Position numbers and translations under genes: made by a program. 64,000 nt of DNA from Oscillospiraceae bacterium (GTDB lineage Bacteria > Bacillota > Clostridia > UMGS1883). The stretch lies in NCBI GenBank assembly GCA_015068735.1, contig SVJW01000005.1:321-64320 (forward strand). Reading direction: 5' to 3'. Positions 23,678 through 32,521 of this stretch are shown here, piece by piece (position 1 is the first letter of the stretch; each line of letters begins with the position of its first letter). The notes under the pieces are model-generated. The model was given only the letters and a program-made list of their open reading frames with translations. It did not search any database and had not been told where the DNA came from.

Positions 23678-26434
23678 ATGAGGCGAATGGCAGATAAGAA
23701 ACAGAGGACGGCGGTATTTAAAGGGCTTAACCGTATGCCGTATATTGGCGATGGAGAAATGAGGAATATGAGAAACCTCAGTTCTGATGCGTATCCGTTT
23801 ATAACAACAAGAAAAGGGCGGAAGCCTTATACATTTATAACGAAGATTCCTTCGCCAGAGGGTGAAGCTTACAGAGATGTTGAGAGATTGCCTGTTCCGT
23901 GTATAGAGGAAGATAATAACGTCTATAAGGTAACAACAGATGCGGTTGCTCCCGAGTATGTTTCAGGTGGATTTTATTATTACGATGGAAGCTCGTGGGT
24001 GGAAGGAAAAATAAAAAAGGAGCTTTACGGCGTGACGGAAGCTTCCGTAGTAGCATCCGGAGAGGATTGCCTTATCGATTCCACATACAGAAGACGTGAA
24101 CGAACAGGACAAAGGTATCCGTATTACGCCAGTGCATCAAGTTTCTCAAAATGTAGTTATTATGGTGAATATTGGGAAGAATCTCCGTTGTCGACAGAGG
24201 TAATAGAAGGGAAAAGCACAACTTATGTATACAAGGGATTGAGGACAAAGTATGTCGGAGAAACCACGGAAAGATGGGTAAAAGGAAAAACCTATGTATA
24301 CACAATGTATGTAAATGCCTACTGGACTACCGGAACTATATCGGGCGGAAACAACGGTGGAGAGGTCACCGACATGCCTGTAGCCGCAGCACACTATGCA
24401 AGAAACCAATACTATTACAAGTACACCGGAGAAACAACAGAAGAGTTTACAAAGAATAAAAGTTATAAGTGTGTAGTGGATAGCTACTGTGCCTGGGAAG
24501 AATGTGAAAGCCAGTATGATGTTGTGGAAGTTTTGCCGGAAGCACCTGAAGAGAATCAGCAGGTGCGTTTCGTCAGTACGCACTGCGGCGCTCCAATGCA
24601 AAAGGGATATTACCTTTGCGAAGTGGAAACAGATGTAAATAACAATTTTGTATATTTTTATTCCCTAAAATCAGAAGCGGAAGACTATATCGAAGTAGGA
24701 TATTTATCTCCGGTAAGTGCAGATAGAGAAGGTGTATACTATAATTATATCGGTCCTGAAGTAAGTGGAGAATTTGCAAGATGTTATTATAACGAATCTT
24801 TTTACGATTGGGAAGTAATAGAACATCCTTTGGTCGAAAGAACGGTAACGCTGAATGACTGGCTTGATAATTATGACGGAAGCGGACTTACAAAGATACT
24901 TGAGATAGGAAACTTCCGCAGTAATTTGGTAGCGCTTATTATTGATGGCAACGGAGAGTACAAGCTGTATTACAACGAACAATTATGGCCGGTAAATAAT
25001 GTTTCAGAAGAGGCAGGGAAGAAACTTGTAACGGTCGGAAGCAAGCTTATTGTGGGTGAAGGCGGATGTTATCTTCATCTTAAAGAAAATAAGGCAGAGG
25101 ACGGAACCGTAACAAGAGAGATTGAATTCTTTAAATCCGGAGAAGCTTTTTCGTGCTCCATTAACGCGGAGAATTTCTATTACGGTAACGGTGGAGACAG
25201 AGAGAGGTTGTGGGAAGCTTCAGGTGATGAAGACGGAATTGTGTATATTAAGTTATATGCGCCCTGGGGTGAAGGTGCGCAGTTAAAAGCTCTCTATGAA
25301 GGGTTAAAGACGGAAGGAACGGATTTTTCCGTGTATGCAAAGAAGGCCGGAACGGCACACAAGCAATATCTTACAGCGACGAAAGTAACACTTGAAGAAA
25401 AGAAGCTCATTCTTGCGTGGATAGTGGGCGACAGAGAGCATCGCGATTATGCGGATGTACTTACCATTAAGGCAACGGGCGGATGGGAAGAGTTTAACTG
25501 GTATAGAACTAACGGAGACACGTTGGTATTTGAATCTACAGATCCACATTATTACGACGTTGTTGCGTGGAAGAAAAGGTTATGGGGCTACCGGGATAAT
25601 GTTTTCTTTGGCACAGTACAGGACATCTTCGACGATTACGGTATAGTAGACTGGAATACCGGCGACAATACATATACGGAAGCTATATCTCAACCATTGT
25701 GGCAGGGTGCGGATATTACCGGTATCGCTGCTCTAATGAGTGGACTTGTATACTTTAAAGAGGATAGCATCACTGTTGTGACGGGAAATTATCCTGCGAT
25801 AATGAGTTCCGATACAATTCCCTGCAGAGGACTTCCTGCAGAAAACAGGCGAAGCGTGGCGGTCGGTAATGAGGCTGTATATTATCTTGGTCGAAATGGC
25901 GTAATGAGGTTCGACGGCGGAATACCACGTTGTATCAGTCAGGAGGTAAAAATAAGCGGTACAGAGGCTGTGGGAGCTTCCGACGGAAACAAGTACTGGC
26001 TTTCACTTAAAGAGGACAGCGGAGAATATGCACTTTATGTGTACGACATCAATTACGGCATCTGGCACAAAGAGGATTGCACACAGGCGGCCAGCTTCGT
26101 AATGCTGAATGGTGAAATGCATATGGCGGTAGGCACTGAGGTTTACAATCTTAATGCTCCGAGAGAAGATGTTCCGTGGGAGTGTGAGTTTTGGTACGAT
26201 GAGGGAACTCACCAAAGAAAGAAGTACAAGCAGTTTGCCATTCGTGGTGATGTCGGGGACGATTGTGAGCTCTGGCTTAAAGCTGATGATGGTGAATGGC
26301 GGCTTATCGGCTCTCCGTACAAAGGAAGCATCAAGCTTATCCCATTTGACTGTGTGGAATTAAGTTTGAAATTAAAAGGTAAAGGTCGGTGCGAAATCAA
26401 GAGCGTTGACAGAACATTTGAAATTGTAGAATAG
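23678..26434 (+). CDS. Large tail / receptor-binding-like protein (beta-propeller-like C-terminal half)
   Basis: 918 aa. Largest late ORF next to the lysin. The C-terminal half has repetitive Y/W/G-rich beta-strand-like segments. No tape measure or tube genes are seen, so a short-tailed morphology is suspected. Confidence 0.55.
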   Translation: MRRMADKKQRTAVFKGLNRMPYIGDGEMRNMRNLSSDAYPFITTRKGRKPYTFITKIPSPEGEAYRDVERLPVPCIEEDNNVYKVTTDAVAPEYVSGGFYYYDGSSWVEGKIKKELYGVTEASVVASGEDCLIDSTYRRRERTGQRYPYYASASSFSKCSYYGEYWEESPLSTEVIEGKSTTYVYKGLRTKYVGETTERWVKGKTYVYTMYVNAYWTTGTISGGNNGGEVTDMPVAAAHYARNQYYYKYTGETTEEFTKNKSYKCVVDSYCAWEECESQYDVVEVLPEAPEENQQVRFVSTHCGAPMQKGYYLCEVETDVNNNFVYFYSLKSEAEDYIEVGYLSPVSADREGVYYNYIGPEVSGEFARCYYNESFYDWEVIEHPLVERTVTLNDWLDNYDGSGLTKILEIGNFRSNLVALIIDGNGEYKLYYNEQLWPVNNVSEEAGKKLVTVGSKLIVGEGGCYLHLKENKAEDGTVTREIEFFKSGEAFSCSINAENFYYGNGGDRERLWEASGDEDGIVYIKLYAPWGEGAQLKALYEGLKTEGTDFSVYAKKAGTAHKQYLTATKVTLEEKKLILAWIVGDREHRDYADVLTIKATGGWEEFNWYRTNGDTLVFESTDPHYYDVVAWKKRLWGYRDNVFFGTVQDIFDDYGIVDWNTGDNTYTEAISQPLWQGADITGIAALMSGLVYFKEDSITVVTGNYPAIMSSDTIPCRGLPAENRRSVAVGNEAVYYLGRNGVMRFDGGIPRCISQEVKISGTEAVGASDGNKYWLSLKEDSGEYALYVYDINYGIWHKEDCTQAASFVMLNGEMHMAVGTEVYNLNAPREDVPWECEFWYDEGTHQRKKYKQFAIRGDVGDDCELWLKADDGEWRLIGSPYKGSIKLIPFDCVELSLKLKGKGRCEIKSVDRTFEIVE

Positions 26435-26445
26435 GAGTGAGATAA

Positions 26446-27180
26446 ATGAAATTATTAAGTGTAGAAGAGTTTAAGGGATATATATTCTCGCTGAAGGTGA
26501 CAAGAAGTGTTAATAAAATACAGCTTCATCATACTTGGGAGCCGAGCTATGATAATTTTAATGGTAGTAACCATTTAGCTTTACAGAAAGGTATGCGCAA
26601 TCACCATGTGAATACCAATGGATATTCGGATATTGCTCAGCATTTCACGATTTTCCCTGACGGAAAGATTTGTACCGGACGCAACATCAATTCAATTCCT
26701 GCAGGAATAAAGGGAGCTAACACAGGCGCAATTTGTATTGAATGCCTGGGTAACTTCGATGTTGGCGGTGACGTAATGACTGTCGAGCAGAAAAATGCAA
26801 TTGTGAGCGTTGTAAAGATTCTGCTTGACAGGTTCGGTCTTGATGCAAAGACGGGAGTTGTATATCATGCGTGGTGGAGCTCTGACCAAAAGGCACTTGG
26901 TACATATGTTCCTGGTAAATCTGTAAAAACCTGTCCCGGTACAGCGTTCTTCGGTGGAAATACAAGGGAAGCTTTTGAAAAGAATTTACTACCTTTGTTA
27001 GAAGTAAAGAAGACGCTTCTTGAAACAGGGAACGATATCGTCTGGGAATTGATGAACGGTCCTCTTAAGGTTCAGATAAGCGAAGTTCAGAAGGCGGTCA
27101 AAGCTTTGGACCAGGCGAAGAATAATCCGGAGTATAATTCGTTGTACTGGATAATTTATAAGATTGTGAATAACAGGTAA
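26446..27180 (+). CDS. Endolysin, N-acetylmuramoyl-L-alanine amidase (Amidase_2/PGRP type)
   Basis: 244 aa. IQLHHTWEPS...HHVNTNGYSDIAQHFTIFPDGKICTGR...ICIECLGNFD is typical of amidase_2. Confidence 0.85.
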   Translation: MKLLSVEEFKGYIFSLKVTRSVNKIQLHHTWEPSYDNFNGSNHLALQKGMRNHHVNTNGYSDIAQHFTIFPDGKICTGRNINSIPAGIKGANTGAICIECLGNFDVGGDVMTVEQKNAIVSVVKILLDRFGLDAKTGVVYHAWWSSDQKALGTYVPGKSVKTCPGTAFFGGNTREAFEKNLLPLLEVKKTLLETGNDIVWELMNGPLKVQISEVQKAVKALDQAKNNPEYNSLYWIIYKIVNNR

Positions 27181-27190
27181 AAAAGGAAAA

Positions 27191-27214
27191 GCAGAGAGCT
27201 TATCAGCTCTCTGC
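27191..27214. terminator. Bidirectional hairpin terminator
   Basis: GCAGAGAGCT-TATC-AGCTCTCTGC, perfect 10-bp stem between convergent genes. Confidence 0.6.
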
Positions 27215-27219
27215 CTATT

Positions 27220-27435
27220 TTAGTTAACACTATCATAATTCTCCCATCCTAAACATTGTCCACATTCGTTACAATACTTAAGGTAATCACGTTCAAGTAT
27301 TGCTCCACATCGGGGACAGATTGGATATGCAGCATTTTGATGTATGTGAAGATTAGTTATATTCATTTTGGTACGATAGGATTCTTCTTTCCGGTTCTTT
27401 AATAGTTCAAGCAATGCTGTTATCCTCCTTTTCAA
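27220..27435 (-). CDS. Small Zn-ribbon protein
   Basis: 71 aa. CPRCG...CNECGQC. Overlaps the 3' end of the upstream HTH gene by 29 nt. Confidence 0.5.
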   Translation of the reverse strand: MKRRITALLELLKNRKEESYRTKMNITNLHIHQNAAYPICPRCGAILERDYLKYCNECGQCLGWENYDSVN

Positions 27436-27670
27436 ACTCGGCTTTTAGTTCGGAGAGGAACTTCGGAACATCCTCACAGAAATAAATTAAATATAACGAA
27501 AGTGTGAGTGCACTACAACCGTTCTTGCCATGGTCGAGATTCATAAAGGAGCGGACATCCATTTCAAGAGTTTCCGCCATTTGCTCTTGTGTCAGCCCGA
27601 GTTTTGCCCGGGTATAAATGATATTTTGATAAAAGAGTTCTTTTAAAATTTTTGAATAGTATGGTCTCAT
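27407..27670 (-). CDS. XRE-family HTH protein
   Basis: 87 aa. RAKLGLTQEQMAETLEMDVRSFMNLDHG. Confidence 0.65.
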   Translation of the reverse strand: MRPYYSKILKELFYQNIIYTRAKLGLTQEQMAETLEMDVRSFMNLDHGKNGCSALTLSLYLIYFCEDVPKFLSELKAEFEKEDNSIA

Positions 27671-27789
27671 TGTGGTGCACTCGCTTTCGTCATATTACGA
27701 CAAAAGTTTAGCAAGCGCAGAAGGATTATAACACGAGCCATAGTTCGTGTTTTGGTAAAAAAATACACCTGCAAATGCAGGTGTGAGGA

Positions 27790-28008
27790 CTATATTGCAT
27801 CTTCTTCATCAGCGAACTGCGAGAAGTCAATGTTATATTCTTTTGCAATCTTACAAATTGATTTAAATCCTGGTAATGATTTGCCACTTTCTAAATCTTG
27901 GTAGTGGCGGACACTCAGATTGAGAAGTTCAGCGGCTTGTTCTTGGGTTTGTTTGTTCTCGTATCGTTTGGAGCGGAGAACATCTGATAGTTTTAGATTG
28001 TTGGACAT
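27790..28008 (-). CDS. XRE-family HTH protein
   Basis: 72 aa. RYENKQTQEQAAELLNLSVRHYQDLESGKSLP. Confidence 0.75.
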   Translation of the reverse strand: MSNNLKLSDVLRSKRYENKQTQEQAAELLNLSVRHYQDLESGKSLPGFKSICKIAKEYNIDFSQFADEEDAI

Positions 28009-28225
28009 AATTAGGCCTCCATTTAGAATGTGAATTCTAAAAAGAAGTTCCCTGTGTTATGTACGATTTTTGTACGAATTTTCAAAAAACCGCTAATTTT
28101 TATTTTGAAATAATTAAGCGTGAAAGTAAAAAAGGAGTAGAAAAAACCGAATATAAAGGCGTTTGTAATGAATGAAAAAACAAAGAAAATCGATTTAAAA
28201 AAGGGTGCTTTGTTCCATCCTCTCC

Positions 28226-28273
28226 CACCACAAAAAAATCCTCGTACGATAGTACGGGGATTTTTTTGTGGTG
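28226..28273. terminator. Long bidirectional intrinsic terminator (22-bp stem, A/T tracts inside the stem)
   Basis: CACCACAAAAAAATCCTCGTAC-GATA-GTACGGGGATTTTTTTGTGGTG, one G.T mismatch. Downstream of the minus-strand lipoprotein gene. Confidence 0.6.
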
Positions 28274-28294
28274 TAAAACGGAAGGATTCGAAGG

Positions 28295-28343
28295 GGAGCG
28301 GTAGTGAATGACGTGCCACCGGCACGTCATTCACTACCGCTCC
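28295..28343. repeat. Perfect 23-bp-stem palindrome
   Basis: GGAGCGGTAGTGAATGACGTGCC-ACC-GGCACGTCATTCACTACCGCTCC. No T-tract. It generates mirror-image spurious ORFs on both strands. Confidence 0.85.
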
Positions 28344-28364
28344 ATCTGTACAAATTTAATAATA

Positions 28365-28889
28365 TCAATATGTGTATCCCATTCCGTAGCAGACATTACA
28401 CATTTGCTTCTTTGCACCGCCACAAGCAGGACATAATGATGACACTTCCGTACCTGCCGTTCCATCAAATCCGCCTATTGTATACGAGCCATATTTTCCG
28501 GTTCCGTTACAGGTGCCGCATTTAACATATCCGTTCTCGCAGTAGTTACAAGCCGTTGTTGTTGGAGCTGTGTAACCGCCACCACCATTGCTACCGTAAT
28601 ATATCACTCCGTTATCGCAACCGCAGTCCACATATCCTCTGTCACAGAAGGAACAACCTTTGCCGTAGCAAGCATAACACTCGGTATATCCTCTGCCGTT
28701 ACAGAGCGCACATTGGAAATAATCCGGTTCGCCATTATAACCACCACCATTATAACCACCACCATTATAACCGCCGCCGTTGTAACCTCCGCCACCGGTG
28801 TAACCGCTGTAACCGCCACTGTCGGAATCGCAACCGCACAACAGCACGAACATCATAACCGACAAAAGAATTGCTAATACTTTTTTCAC
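28365..28889 (-). CDS. Secreted/lipoprotein-like protein with GGGYN repeats and DnaJ-like CxxC zinc-finger repeats
   Basis: 174 aa. Signal peptide MKKVLAILLSVMMFVLLCGC, then (GGGYN)x4, then about 20 Cys in CxxC(x)G pairs. Confidence 0.75.
   Translation of the reverse strand: MKKVLAILLSVMMFVLLCGCDSDSGGYSGYTGGGGYNGGGYNGGGYNGGGYNGEPDYFQCALCNGRGYTECYACYGKGCSFCDRGYVDCGCDNGVIYYGSNGGGGYTAPTTTACNYCENGYVKCGTCNGTGKYGSYTIGGFDGTAGTEVSSLCPACGGAKKQMCNVCYGMGYTY
28734..28793. repeat. 4 x 15-bp tandem repeat (encodes the GGGYN units)
   Basis: ATTATAACCACCACC x2, ATTATAACCGCCGCC, GTTGTAACCTCCGCC. Confidence 0.85.
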
Positions 28890-29041
28890 TGTAAACCGAC
28901 CTCCTTAAAAATATTTAATTTTTCCAAAAAATTACTTTTTCTTCAGTATAGCACATTGCTTGAGCTTTTGCAACTTCCTTGACAAAAAAATATGTTGAGA
29001 GTATAATTAAATTGTCGAAAAACTGCAAAGGGGGAAATTTT

Positions 29042-29407
29042 ATGAAGCAATTAAAAATTTATTGGAAAAAAGAGCTTAAAAACTGCGTTTCGTTTTTTGT
29101 TTACATCAACGGTACAGAATGCGGAATCATACAGCGTGGGGATGCACTTCTCTTCAATGTGCCGACAGATTATGCGGAGGTTTACCTCGTTCCCAAAGCA
29201 CCAAAGTGGTTTGGATGGAAGGCTCTTAAAATCCAGACACAGCTTCTTAACCCTTACTGCGAGATGCATCTTGCCGTACAGGTTGATAACGGCGGATCTT
29301 TTTTCGGAGCGTTGGGTGATGCGGCAAATATTAACAATCAGCTGCATTGTACAATGGTTAACGGCATAGAAGTTTGTGGGGTTGAATACATAAAAAAATA
29401 CAAATAA
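29042..29407 (+). CDS. Hypothetical protein
   Basis: 121 aa from ATG 29042 (AAGGGGGAA upstream). No motif recognised. Confidence 0.5.
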   Translation: MKQLKIYWKKELKNCVSFFVYINGTECGIIQRGDALLFNVPTDYAEVYLVPKAPKWFGWKALKIQTQLLNPYCEMHLAVQVDNGGSFFGALGDAANINNQLHCTMVNGIEVCGVEYIKKYK

Positions 29408-29410
29408 TAT

Positions 29411-29445
29411 AAAAAATACTGTAGCAAGTTGCTACAGTATTTTTT
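29411..29445. terminator. Bidirectional terminator between convergent genes
   Basis: AAAAAATACTGTAGCAAGTTGCTACAGTATTTTTT, palindrome flanked by A and T tracts. Confidence 0.65.
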
Positions 29446-29462
29446 ACTATGTGTTAAAGTTT

Positions 29463-31640
29463 TTAAATGTCCTTATCTGCAGAAACCGGACCGACTGCGA
29501 CACCTGCTTTTGTCTTACGCTTTTTCCTTATAATTACCACTATAATAATCAAAAGAACTATCATAGGAGCAAACAGGAAAAACATTAAAACCTTACAGTC
29601 AAGAACTTCACCCTTGCTGTTCTTACGGGCTCTGTAAATGTAGTCATTGTCACCGTCACCGTCTTCATCTACACGCAAGGTGGTTGTATTGGCATTAACT
29701 GCTACGGTGTCGATTGTTGTACGGGGGGTAATTTTAATGTTGGAAAATTCTCTTAAATCACTGTAATTTCCGTCATCATCCATAAATCCTATGGTATAAT
29801 CCATAGTTCCCTTACCGTTACCTTTTATTTTAATGTCGTACTTATAACCGTCTTTAAGGCGCAGAGTTTTAATTCTGTTATCGGTAGAACTTTCGTTTCT
29901 TTCAGGGTTCTCCTCAAAAGTAAGTGTTCCGAAACTTGTACGCTGTCCCTTTTGTGCATCTTTTGAAGAAAGCACTTCTCCGTTATATTTTACCGTTACA
30001 TCAACGGGACAAGCAATACGGACATATATGTATTTTTCTCCCCTTATCTGGTCGGCAATATCATTAAAGAAAAATACCAGATTTGCCGCATCGTCAACTT
30101 CATGATGACAACCGGGGCTGGCAATTCTCTCCATCAGCCTTTGTGCCTCTGAATAAGAAGAGGAATCACTGAAGAAGCCCAATGTGTAGATATAGATACC
30201 TTCTTTTTTAAGCTCGTCTGCATATGCTACAAGTTCGTCTCCAACTTTGTCTCTGTTGGGTTCACCGTCGCTCATAAGTACGATGATTTTTTTCTTTGCA
30301 TTACCGGCACTTAACATTTCGTGGGCTTTTTTCAGACCTGCTTCCATATTCGTTCCGCCACCGGCATTCAGGTTCTGTGTGGTTTTAATAAGGTAATTGG
30401 CGTTTTTGGAAAAGTTCGCAATCCTCATAGCGCTTTCATCGTAGGATACAATACCGATACTTGCTTCCTCTTTGAGCACCGTATTGACAAATTTCGCGGA
30501 AGCTTCCTTTGTTTCTTCCATAGGGGTTCCTTCCATACTGCCCGATGCATCCAGAACCAATACAACATCGCGTTCTTCAGAACCGCCCATATCAGGCCAT
30601 TCAGACTTTCCGCCGTCTTTTTCAATGGAATCAATTTTGTCCTGAACACATTTAGCGTAAGCCTTAGCGCCATTATCATTGGGGTGAATGGAAGAAGCAC
30701 TGTATTTTTTCGTTTGATTGATGTCCTGTGGTTGACATTTAGTTATCCTGATCAGGTACTCATCATTCTTTGATGATGCGTAGGCTTCATTGCCCTCAAA
30801 CTCCTTTTCAACGGAAACAAAGCAAATTTTCATTCCGTCAGCTTTGCAGGAATTAACAATGGCTTCAATTTCGTTGTTAAATCTTGTTACGCTTGAGTTG
30901 ATGAGGTTTACCTCATCGCTGTTGAAATAAACTATTTTTTCTGAAATCAGTTTAGGATATCCTGCCACAATTATTTTTGCTTCAGGGGCAGTTTGATGAA
31001 TAAGTTCATAAACCTCTCTGATTCTGTCACGGATGCCGCCGTCAGCATAGAACTCATCCCATGTTTTCTGTAGCTCTGACTGGAGTGCGGAATCTTTAGC
31101 CGGATGTGCGGCTGTTTCTATTATATTGGAAAAATGCGCGTCGTTTCCGCCGATAGTAATTGTTACATAGTCAATTTCCTTGCCCTGATTTTTCAAGTCC
31201 TGTAAAACTTTTATCTGAGGATCAAGGTATTCAGTCTGCACACTTGCTTTTTTGTCAGTAGCATATTCTTTCTTTTGTTCCCCTTTTATATCCGGTGTTT
31301 CTGCTCCGGAAGCGGCTACAAAATACCAGTTTTTGTTTCTTATCATTGGTTTGCCGTCAAGGGTCAGTCGTCCGGGCCAGCTATTCTCGGATCTGTGGGC
31401 AAGCCAGTCATGATCTTTTACTTTGTCTTCTATCGGCTGACTTTGTCCGTAGTAGTTGAGAATTCCTTCTCCTGCGGAATAGGAGTCACCCATAGATACA
31501 ATAATTCTTTCTTTGTTTTGGCTTGGGGTTGTTGCATCTGCCTTTATCAAAAAATCGGGAAGTATGCTTGTAAGCAATAACAAGCATAAAAACGCGGCAA
31601 TAAACCTGATTTTCTTGGTAGGTATTTCAGCGAATTTCAT
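29463..31640 (-). CDS. Membrane-anchored SGNH/GDSL hydrolase + von Willebrand A domain protein
   Basis: 725 aa. N-terminal signal/TM. GDSL block I (VSMGDSYSAGEG), block III (GGNDAHF), SIHPND. VWA MIDAS (VLVLDASGSMEG, GGGTNM, LMSDGEPN). C-terminal TM followed by RKKRKTK. Confidence 0.85.
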   Translation of the reverse strand: MKFAEIPTKKIRFIAAFLCLLLLTSILPDFLIKADATTPSQNKERIIVSMGDSYSAGEGILNYYGQSQPIEDKVKDHDWLAHRSENSWPGRLTLDGKPMIRNKNWYFVAASGAETPDIKGEQKKEYATDKKASVQTEYLDPQIKVLQDLKNQGKEIDYVTITIGGNDAHFSNIIETAAHPAKDSALQSELQKTWDEFYADGGIRDRIREVYELIHQTAPEAKIIVAGYPKLISEKIVYFNSDEVNLINSSVTRFNNEIEAIVNSCKADGMKICFVSVEKEFEGNEAYASSKNDEYLIRITKCQPQDINQTKKYSASSIHPNDNGAKAYAKCVQDKIDSIEKDGGKSEWPDMGGSEERDVVLVLDASGSMEGTPMEETKEASAKFVNTVLKEEASIGIVSYDESAMRIANFSKNANYLIKTTQNLNAGGGTNMEAGLKKAHEMLSAGNAKKKIIVLMSDGEPNRDKVGDELVAYADELKKEGIYIYTLGFFSDSSSYSEAQRLMERIASPGCHHEVDDAANLVFFFNDIADQIRGEKYIYVRIACPVDVTVKYNGEVLSSKDAQKGQRTSFGTLTFEENPERNESSTDNRIKTLRLKDGYKYDIKIKGNGKGTMDYTIGFMDDDGNYSDLREFSNIKITPRTTIDTVAVNANTTTLRVDEDGDGDNDYIYRARKNSKGEVLDCKVLMFFLFAPMIVLLIIIVVIIRKKRKTKAGVAVGPVSADKDI

Positions 31641-32500
31641 TAGTTTATACCTCCAATCTCAATACTGTCAAGAGTTCCTGCATCAATACGGGAAACCTGT
31701 TTTATCAACATTTCTGATTCATAAGGAGTTTTTATAAAGAAATTATTGGTGTTACCGTCGTAACTTGTAAAAGTATCTGTTTCCGACAGTACTGTCAAAG
31801 CTTCCGGCTGTGCATCGGAATCATAGAAAAGAGGATAAGCAAATACGGAACCGTTAACTTCAAATACACACCAGATATCACCATTTGCCGCGGTATAATA
31901 GGTCTGGTAGATAGGATGCTGTCTGGACGAATAGCTTGATATAGTTGCCTCTCCGGTATAAGTTCCGTCCATATCATAATCGGTTGTAATGGGAGACTGG
32001 TCAAATCCGCGCTGTGTCAGATTTTCATATGCCTCGGATTCTGAGTGAATACTCTGTGAATCAAAGGCATTGAGAACAGTCAGATTGTCAGAAGTATTTT
32101 TGTGATATTCTTCTGCATCTATAGAAGGAACATCATAATAACCCGGAGATACATATTCATCATCGGGGGTAGCTGTGGGGATGTCGGTGCCTTCTGACTC
32201 CGGCTCTGTTTCCACAAAGGGTTTTACAGTTGTTTTTTCCTCTTTCATCCCTGTGTAAATAAAGATATCGTTTATAAAGGGAATGTTAATTACATCAAAG
32301 AACACCAGACTCAATAACGTCAGAACAATAACCGTGTAGGCAGACAAACCTACTACAATTTTTATAAATGTTTTCTTGGAAATGAGGGGTTTTCTTTCTT
32401 TTGCTTTTTCTACGGGTTTTTTTGTTGACAAAGCACCGCAGTTGGGACATTTTCCGTCAGCACCCATTTTTGAACCGCAATTACCGCAAAAAAGGTCCAT
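31640..32500 (-). CDS. Zn-ribbon / single-TM membrane protein, hypothetical
   Basis: 286 aa. N-terminal CGNCGSKMGADGKCPNCG, one TM, then a Y/T/D-rich extracytoplasmic domain. Its stop overlaps the start of the SGNH-VWA gene. Confidence 0.7.
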   Translation of the reverse strand: MDLFCGNCGSKMGADGKCPNCGALSTKKPVEKAKERKPLISKKTFIKIVVGLSAYTVIVLTLLSLVFFDVINIPFINDIFIYTGMKEEKTTVKPFVETEPESEGTDIPTATPDDEYVSPGYYDVPSIDAEEYHKNTSDNLTVLNAFDSQSIHSESEAYENLTQRGFDQSPITTDYDMDGTYTGEATISSYSSRQHPIYQTYYTAANGDIWCVFEVNGSVFAYPLFYDSDAQPEALTVLSETDTFTSYDGNTNNFFIKTPYESEMLIKQVSRIDAGTLDSIEIGGIN

Positions 32501-32521
32501 AAAAATTACCTCCTAATAATT

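Larger units (their letters stand above)
1..27214. mobile_element. Integrated temperate phage-like element (prophage); left end outside window, right end provisional
   Basis: Contiguous phage modules: int, CI/cro, DGR, recombination, replication, MTase, capsid, tail, lysin. The integrase runs off position 1, so attL is not visible. The right end is set provisionally at the bidirectional terminator after the endolysin. No att repeat can be identified. Confidence 0.8.

Noticed and set aside
27220-27670. Overlapping XRE and Zn-ribbon gene pair considered as a toxin-antitoxin module.
   Set aside because: No recognisable toxin fold or motif is present, and an overlap alone is insufficient. Reported only as small regulators.
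28023-28525. ORFs 28023-28334 (-), 28100-28330 (-) and 28304-28525 (+), both directions starting MNDVP(V/P)ARHSLPL.
   Set aside because: The mirror-image N-termini are produced by translating the two arms of the 23-bp palindrome. No RBS is present, and the region is AT-rich and non-coding.
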